From: Malacoraja senta
Taxonomy: Eukaryota
Length of the DNA stretch: 64,000 bases
Assembly: GCA_038087875.1 (NCBI GenBank)
Contig: CM075986.1
Coordinates: 28,396,001 to 28,460,000 of the forward strand
Direction of reading: 5' to 3'
Under the pieces are notes generated by a model. That model ran no database searches, was not told the origin of the DNA, and worked only from the letters and a program-made list of their open reading frames with translations. Shown here one piece after another: positions 61,401-64,000 of the stretch. Within the stretch, counting starts at the first letter, position 1, and each line of letters starts with the position of its first letter. The translations under genes and the position numbers were made by a program.

Positions 61401-62497
61401 ACTCCCTCCATGCCACATTGGCTATTAGGCTAATGGCCACTGTGATTTACCACTAGTGTAGGTGGCTGCTGAGAGAAGCAGGCAGTGTTAATGGGAATGT
61501 GTGGAAATAAGTTACAGAGTATGATGAAGGGAAGTGGGCTTGAGCTGGCTTAGACATGGGGGGTCAGTTTACCTTTTCCGATGCCATAAGCAAACATGGA
61601 AACGTCTTCAACAGGTCAAGAAGTTATATAATATGATACAATGGAACTTTATCTCAGGAGGGAAATTGGTCAATAGATGGGTGGTGAGTGGGTGGGTGAT
61701 AATAGCACATTCCAAACTAAGCCAGGTTATTTGGCACTAGAAAATGAATGTAGGATTAATACAAATGAACAAATGATGGACAGCATGGACTCAGTGGGCC
61801 AAAGGGCCTGTTTCCATGTCATTCACTCCATCATTCTACGACTCCAAAAAATAATCAGCATTAAAATAGTAACGGAATAAGCAAATAAATCATTATACTT
61901 GCCCACTGCTTCTTTCTTATCGTGGACTTCCAGTAGTTCACTGGAATTTTGTTCCTCTGAGAGATCTTTCTCAATTGGTCTCCTTTCATCTCCCATTCCC
62001 TGCGGCTCCTCGGATGCCCCATCCATGCCTGTGTTCTGTATCTCATTGATTGCCCCAGTGAGGCCCGCGATCTGTATCTCATTGGTTGCCCCAGCAAGGC
62101 CTGCGATCTGTATCTCCTTGGATGTCCCAGCAATGCCAGCGTACTGTTGCTCCTTCCCTGCCTCACACAGAGCACTTGGAACAGAGCTGCTCTCAGCCAT
62201 TACGCTGGCCACATGTTCCCCAGGCCGTTCCCACAGATCGCAACTCTCCAGACGTCCATCTCTCTGCTCGTCAAGACTCTGTGTTCTCAATATTCCCTTA
62301 ATGTCCGTGGCCATCCCTCCATTCTCCTCATTGGCTCCTTCCCAGCTGCCCTGGATGCTGGTGAATGGCAGAGCTGCCATGGTCTCAGGCTCCAGCTTCT
62401 CCCCCTGGGCAGCAAGGTGTGACGGTGTCTCCACTGCCGTGAGAGGTACTTGTGAGTTGGGTAGCGATTGAGGACGTTGTTTTGATTGTTCCTGGAA
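1280..62497 (-). CDS. SVIL: Supervillin-like gene (partial; 16 coding exons in window, ~845 codons; continues beyond both window ends)
   Basis: Phase-compatible exons with splice signals encode supervillin-type peptides ([60 protein letters not shown]). May be a SVIL paralogue rather than the 1:1 orthologue. Confidence 0.93.
1457..2165 (-). mobile_element. CR1 (HER1-type) LINE 3' fragment
   Basis: ORF with [15 protein letters not shown]; (GACAATA)n tail at 1457-1484. Confidence 0.92.
3235..3480 (+). mobile_element. HE1-like tRNA-derived V-SINE
   Basis: gggcggcacagtgg...cccgggttcaatt (A/B boxes), V-domain gtatggagtttgtatgttc.ccccgtg. Confidence 0.8.
4138..4340. repeat. ~41-43 bp minisatellite within a (GT/GA)-rich tract (3880-4440)
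   Basis: gtgtgtgtattgactacacaggtgatgattgtgagcagtga, about 5 copies. Confidence 0.9.
4550..4832 (-). mobile_element. HE1-like SINE (further copies ~2675-2960, 12912-13205, 19560-19780, 22505-22800, 35070-35385, 39865-40118, 41828-42043, 43850-44105, 45710-45968, 57435-57750)
   Basis: tRNA head, V-domain and CR1-derived tail ending ctaaact repeats. Confidence 0.8.
5080..5255 (-). CDS. SVIL: SVIL-like exon, gelsolin repeat ([18 protein letters not shown]...INPLDPG)
   Basis: ttgcag / CA|gtgagt; phase 0 to 2. Confidence 0.95.
5548..6252 (+). mobile_element. Rex1/Babar LINE 3' fragment
   Basis: [14 protein letters not shown]...QRLYFLR...[13 protein letters not shown]...[15 protein letters not shown]; (TTGAATC)n tail. 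Confidence 0.9.
6676..6821 (-). CDS. SVIL: SVIL-like exon ([24 protein letters not shown]...[14 protein letters not shown])
   Basis: tctgcag / GAG|gtacga; phase 1 to 0. Confidence 0.95.
7326..8085 (-). mobile_element. CR1 LINE 3' fragment (young, intact RT C-terminus)
   Basis: ORF 7421-8146 carries CR1 motifs; (ATAGAAAC)n tail. Confidence 0.93.
8922..11535 (-). mobile_element. Degraded, internally deleted near-full-length CR1 (ORF1 esterase, EN, RT)
   Basis: ORF1 SGNH-like [17 protein letters not shown]...DGLHLNW; [36 protein letters not shown] motifs. Confidence 0.88.
11758..11905 (-). CDS. SVIL: SVIL-like exon ([18 protein letters not shown]...[13 protein letters not shown])
   Basis: cctttag / G|gtaaga; phase 0 to 1. 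Not in the ORF track; translated by hand. Confidence 0.95.
13311..13447 (-). CDS. SVIL: SVIL-like exon, gelsolin repeat ([25 protein letters not shown]...ANVIERSK)
   Basis: tttgcag / AAG|gtacgt; phase 1 to 0; gelsolin-domain [10 protein letters not shown] motif. Confidence 0.96.
14089..14978 (-). mobile_element. Non-coding GC-rich retroposon with Rex/Babar-like 3' end and (TCTA/TCTAA)n tail
   Basis: Interrupts a SINE with a CACTA duplication; homologous to 22968-23760. Confidence 0.7.
16168..16326 (-). CDS. SVIL: SVIL-like exon ([21 protein letters not shown]...LMLLQVK)
   Basis: tttacag / G|gtaact; phase 1-1; LAGLxSKENF motif. Confidence 0.95.
16490..17205 (-). mobile_element. Old CR1 3' fragment
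   Basis: [14 protein letters not shown] motif and CR1 3' UTR. Confidence 0.8.
17711..17883 (-). CDS. SVIL: SVIL-like exon ([46 protein letters not shown]...)
   Basis: cctgcag / A|gtaagt; phase 2 to 1. Confidence 0.95.
18184..18217 (+). ncRNA. Minimal type I hammerhead ribozyme motif (representative copy)
   Basis: ggt-CTGAAGA-a-GGGT tttg ACCC-GAAA-CGTC-acc: stem I, catalytic core, stem II and palindromic stem III. Activity not shown. Confidence 0.65.
18475..19504. mobile_element. Non-autonomous TIR DNA transposon, copy 1 (~1.03 kb, hAT-like TAG...CTA ends)
   Basis: TIR TAGCAATGTTACAAAA / TTTTGTAACATACCTA; flanking repeat CAAAACA; colinear with 25057-26092. Confidence 0.85.
20250..20645 (+). 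mobile_element. Penelope-like 3' region + pLTR
   Basis: Degenerate LIFxLGSLQxxGMN end of the EN domain, then the gtctgaagaagg...ccgaaac pLTR. Confidence 0.65.
20896..21073 (-). CDS. SVIL: SVIL-like exon ([32 protein letters not shown]...[10 protein letters not shown])
   Basis: tcctcag / AA|gtaaga; phase 1 to 2; matches VKEVMKPDDDETFAKFY. Confidence 0.94.
22968..23760 (+). mobile_element. Non-coding GC-rich retroposon (same family)
   Basis: Shared ccgtctgcgctgaggcctaat and ccatcacagtgag...ctcactgtggtgg segments; tgacaataaa + (TTTATAC)n tail. Confidence 0.7.
24045..24537 (+). mobile_element. Penelope-like element 3' fragment (GIY-YIG endonuclease C-terminus + pLTR with hammerhead core)
   Basis: [20 protein letters not shown]...VAQHFN...GLN, followed by ctgaagaagggtttcggcccgaaacgtt. 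Confidence 0.9.
25057..26092. mobile_element. Non-autonomous TIR DNA transposon, copy 2
   Basis: Same termini; flanking repeat CTGTGCT/CTGTGTT. Confidence 0.85.
26609..27142 (+). repeat. 5' LTR
   Basis: Direct repeat of 31659-32192 with about 15 substitutions by manual count; TG...CA ends; AATAAA motifs. Confidence 0.95.
27147..27165 (+). promoter_or_regulatory. Primer-binding site, tRNA-Pro-like
   Basis: tggggactcgtcttgggat resembles the tRNA-Pro PBS TGGGGGCTCGTCCGGGAT and lies just after the 5' LTR. Confidence 0.75.
27427..27545 (+). pseudogene. gag: gag matrix N-terminus remnant
   Basis: MGNENRKPK...[14 protein letters not shown]: myristoylation-type MG start and the PDSPLG.ML..W motif of HERV-I-like Gag. 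Confidence 0.75.
29040..29580 (+). pseudogene. pol: Degenerate integrase core and C-terminus (second retroviral lineage)
   Basis: [13 protein letters not shown]...[11 protein letters not shown]...[12 protein letters not shown], then [11 protein letters not shown]...[13 protein letters not shown]. Confidence 0.75.
29670..30860 (+). mobile_element. Old, C-depleted CR1 RT fragment inside the ERV
   Basis: Degenerate QHGF, WRxVTxGVPxGxVLGPLLF, KYxDDTKIGG and ERVQRR motifs. Confidence 0.85.
30262..30554 (+). mobile_element. Young CR1 3' end nested in the old CR1 inside the ERV
   Basis: Near-identical to 42579-42876; (TTTCTATG)n tail; splits agagggat|ctaggaata. Confidence 0.9.
30899..31255 (+). 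pseudogene. pol: Integrase C-terminal (GPY/F) remnant, HERV-I-like
   Basis: DVFLRNYLL...LKTKGLLAQ...DFPIH...[37 protein letters not shown]. Confidence 0.85.
31252..31624 (+). pseudogene. env: Internally deleted env (signal peptide + SU start, then probable cytoplasmic tail)
   Basis: ATG at 31252 overlaps the pol stop. [19 protein letters not shown] hydrophobic leader, Cys/Trp-rich; sits before the PPT. Confidence 0.6.
31659..32192 (+). repeat. 3' LTR
   Basis: Preceded by the polypurine tract aaaagaaaaagggtgga (31641-31657). Confidence 0.95.
32277..32712 (-). mobile_element. CR1 3' fragment
   Basis: Same subfamily as 1457-2165; GACAATA tail. Confidence 0.85.
32713..32962 (+). mobile_element. 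Rex1/Babar 3' end
   Basis: Matches the 3' end of the element at 63155-64000; (TTCA)n tail. Confidence 0.75.
33153..33239 (-). CDS. SVIL: SVIL-like exon ([29 protein letters not shown])
   Basis: tttacag / A|gtaagg; phase 1-1; matches supervillin LESDLKLDRLETFL. Confidence 0.92.
34518..34701. mobile_element. Palindromic (inverted-pLTR) Penelope-derived mini-element with 14-bp TSD
   Basis: TSD AACCTACAAACCTG at 34504-34517 and 34702-34715. Related palindromes at ~467-640, 15047-15223, 18073-18270, 21846-22017, 33445-33650, 51352-51561, 55635-55885, 58426-58853, 61148-61313. Confidence 0.8.
34722..34912 (+). mobile_element. CR1 RT internal fragment
   Basis: [19 protein letters not shown]. Confidence 0.85.
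37844..37939 (-). CDS. SVIL: SVIL-like exon ([32 protein letters not shown])
   Basis: ttacag / G|gtgagt; phase 1-1; aligns to supervillin GLAS...VSKPLE. Confidence 0.88.
39085..39420 (-). mobile_element. Old Penelope GIY-YIG fragment
   Basis: [22 protein letters not shown]. Confidence 0.65.
42234..42876 (+). mobile_element. Young CR1 3' fragment
   Basis: [16 protein letters not shown]; (TTTCTATG)n tail. Confidence 0.93.
43599..43746 (-). CDS. SVIL: SVIL-like exon ([49 protein letters not shown])
   Basis: ctgttag acceptor, G|gtcagc donor; phase 0 to 1; strong supervillin motif. Confidence 0.93.
44582..45220 (+). mobile_element. CR1 3' fragment
   Basis: ORFs 44589-44837 and 44795-45139 carry CR1 motifs. 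Confidence 0.92.
46815..47490 (+). mobile_element. Penelope-like element 3' fragment (Zn-linker + GIY-YIG + pLTR)
   Basis: RCNTCPF...[24 protein letters not shown]; near-identical to 24045-24537. Confidence 0.9.
48301..48372 (-). CDS. SVIL: 72-nt exon ([24 protein letters not shown])
   Basis: (ct)-rich tract + aaag acceptor, AAG|gtgatc donor; phase 0-0; ends in WxxK like neighbouring exons. Confidence 0.5.
48976..50217 (-). mobile_element. Non-autonomous Helitron-like element A
   Basis: Minus-strand end ...CTAG|T with degenerate subterminal hairpin; 5' TATATTACTTAAACTCTC + (TTTG)n; internal pyrimidine/purine tract. Confidence 0.65.
50218..51195 (-). mobile_element. Non-autonomous Helitron-like element B (5' truncated)
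   Basis: Hairpin GGAACCCAATGGGTCCC, then 7 nt, then CTAG|T; shares the gtgagtaagg-tgg..aaaa..tagcg segment with element A. Confidence 0.7.
51732..51776 (-). CDS. SVIL: 45-nt micro-exon ([15 protein letters not shown])
   Basis: Long polypyrimidine tract + tgtag acceptor, TGG|gtaaga donor; phase 0-0 and open. No homology support. Confidence 0.55.
52077..52835. repeat. Minisatellite changing from an 18-bp to a 15-bp unit
   Basis: CCCACYGCTGTAGACGCM repeats, then CCCACTCTAGACGCA repeats. Confidence 0.95.
53644..55306. repeat. (CA/TG)-rich degenerate satellite interrupted by assembly gaps
   Basis: cacacacatgggcacac repeats and N runs. Confidence 0.9.
55978..56107 (-). CDS. SVIL: SVIL-like exon ([14 protein letters not shown]...[20 protein letters not shown])
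   Basis: catcag acceptor, AAG|gtaaga donor; phase 2 to 0; supervillin-like motif. Confidence 0.8.
56286..56612 (+). mobile_element. HE1-like SINE
   Basis: Full head-to-tail copy ending tatctctaaactaaac. Confidence 0.82.
56680..57165. mobile_element. PIF/Harbinger-type MITE inserted in a SINE
   Basis: TIR A(A/G)(G/A)GCCTGTCCCACG; TTA TSD (56677-56679, 57166-57168); CpG-rich; internal ~43-bp duplication. Confidence 0.85.
57932..57983. repeat. (TAAT)n microsatellite
   Basis: attaattaattaattaat. Confidence 0.85.
58865..59320 (+). mobile_element. Old CR1 3' fragment
   Basis: [13 protein letters not shown] motif and CR1 3' UTR. Confidence 0.75.
59760..59859 (-). CDS. SVIL: SVIL-like exon ([34 protein letters not shown])
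   Basis: Acceptor ctgat...ttgctccacag, donor AG|gtacgc; phase 1 to 2. Joins the next exon to give [16 protein letters not shown], matching the supervillin SxKERLALLKKSGEEDW motif. Confidence 0.65.
60305..60405 (-). repeat. (GGGGC/GGGGGT)n G-tract array
   Basis: More than 15 consecutive C4-5 runs on the + strand. Confidence 0.9.
61903..62497 (-). CDS. SVIL: SVIL-like exon, N-terminal low-complexity region ([10 protein letters not shown]...KKEAV)
   Basis: Inside the 228-aa ORF 61823-62509. Acceptor ttttcag (tandem acceptor 6 nt downstream, exon start 62491). Donor G|gcaagt (GC-AG), phase 1. Confidence 0.65.
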
Positions 62498-63154
62498 CTG
62501 AAAATACAATGGTTACATTAACTACTGCATGACTGATAAAGTGGAAGACATTTGAAGATTGGTTAGCCACAATCCAAGACTATTTGGCTTATTTTATAGA
62601 TTTCAGGAGATGAGATGGAGTAACAGTGCAAGAGAATCACATGAACAGGTCCACCATCAATGTTGTCCGCCACCCTTGGTTTTAGAGCCATTGTCCACTT
62701 TGAGGAGCAACAGAGGTCACGGCCTTGGGGGGCGGGGATACTGGCCTGTAAAGTGGGCCACGGAAGTCGGCTGTGGGAACAGATCTGCCGGCTCCAGCTG
62801 GGCCGGAGTTCCAGAGCCCAGGATGCAGGGGGCAAATTCAACCCGCTGGTCGGAGTGGGTGACCACGAGGTCAAGATCGGCCGTCTCACCCAGCCGAGGC
62901 GCCACATTTTCGGGGGGACTCAATTTCAAGTGTGCTCTCGTGCTTTTGTCCAGATCAAAGTGAGGGCCAGACCAGCAGCTGTCAGACCAGCCAGTTGTGC
63001 GGTGGACCTGCATCTGTAAGGAGGAAGACAATTTAAATTGATACAAAATGGCACCATGTGTTGGAGCAACTCTGTGGTTCAGGGAGCAGCTCTGGAGAAC
63101 ATGGACAGGTGATGTTTCGAGTCGGGACCCAAACACAAACCACATGGAGATGAA

Positions 63155-64000
63155 GTTTATGAATAAGTTTATTGGCCAAGTATTCACATACAAGGAATTT
63201 GCCTTGGTGCTCCGCCCGCAAGTGACATCATTACAGTTAGGAATGACACATAAAACATTAAACATTAATAATAAAACATTATTGATTAAACATGTGAATT
63301 AAATAAAATACCAGAGCAAACGGAGGCTACAGATTTTTGGTTATTGAGTAGAGCTACCACTCGTGGAAAAAAGCTGTTTTTATGTCTGGCTGTGGCAGCT
63401 TTGACAGTCCGGAGTCGCCTTCCAGAGGGAAGTGATTCAAAGACATTGTGGCCAGGATGAGAGGGGTCAGAGATGATCTTACCCTCTTGCCTCCTTGCCC
63501 TTGCAGTGTACAGTTCGTCAATGGAGGGAAGGTTGCAGCCAATAACCTTCTCAGCTGATCGGACGATTCGCTGCAGCCACCGGATGTCGTGCTTGGTGGC
63601 TGAGCCAAACCAGACCATGATGGAGAAGGTGAGGACAGACTATGATGACCATATAGAATTGGACCATCATTACCTGTGGCAGATTGTGCTTCCTCAGCAG
63701 CCGCAGGAAGTACATCCTCTGTTGTGTCTTTTTGATTGTGGAGTCGATGGTAGCCCCCCATTTAAAGTCTTTGGAGATGATGGTTCCCAGGAACTTAAAA
63801 GACTCCACAGATGTGACTGTGGTGTTGTTGATGGTGAGTGGGATGAGGGGAGGGGGAGCTCTCCTAAAGTCTACTATCAATTCCACTGTCTTAAGAGCAT
63901 TGAGCTCCAGGTTGTTGCGATGACGCCAGCTGTTTCACTTCATGCCTGTAGGCAGATTCCTCCCAATCAGTCCAATCAGGGTTGTGTCGTCCACAAACTG
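63155..64000 (-). mobile_element. Rex1/Babar LINE 3' portion (continues beyond window)
   Basis: ELIVDFRR...SFKFLGTIIS...QQRMYFLR...RHKNSFFP. Confidence 0.9.

Overview
Vertebrate genomic DNA, very probably from an elasmobranch (skate/ray/shark), judging by the HE1-type V-SINEs, HER1/CR1 LINEs, Rex1/Babar and Penelope repeats. It contains several N-gaps. The whole window lies inside one minus-strand gene, a supervillin-family (SVIL-like) gene. I reconstructed 16 coding exons by hand (62497 down to 1280). Their splice phases are compatible and they join into 2535 nt (845 codons) without a stop, running from the disordered N-terminal region into the gelsolin/villin-like repeats. Both gene ends lie outside the window. 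The introns are almost entirely transposon-derived. Notable items: (1) a 5.6-kb non-autonomous HERV-I-like provirus (26609-32192; 534-bp LTRs about 97% identical, CTGAC target-site duplication (TSD), Pro-like primer-binding site (PBS), polypurine tract (PPT)) whose interior is a strongly C-depleted mosaic of a second retroviral lineage plus a CR1 piece; (2) many short palindromic Penelope-derived elements carrying minimal hammerhead-ribozyme cores, several with 12-15 bp TSDs, two of them inserted at the same SINE position; (3) two head-to-tail non-autonomous Helitrons, one carrying a promoter/first-exon-like cassette; (4) two copies of a ~1-kb terminal-inverted-repeat (TIR) transposon with 7/8-bp TSDs, and a Harbinger MITE; (5) a probable GC-AG intron, two micro-exons and intragenic peptide repeats in the host gene. 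Family assignments rest on recalled motifs, not database searches.
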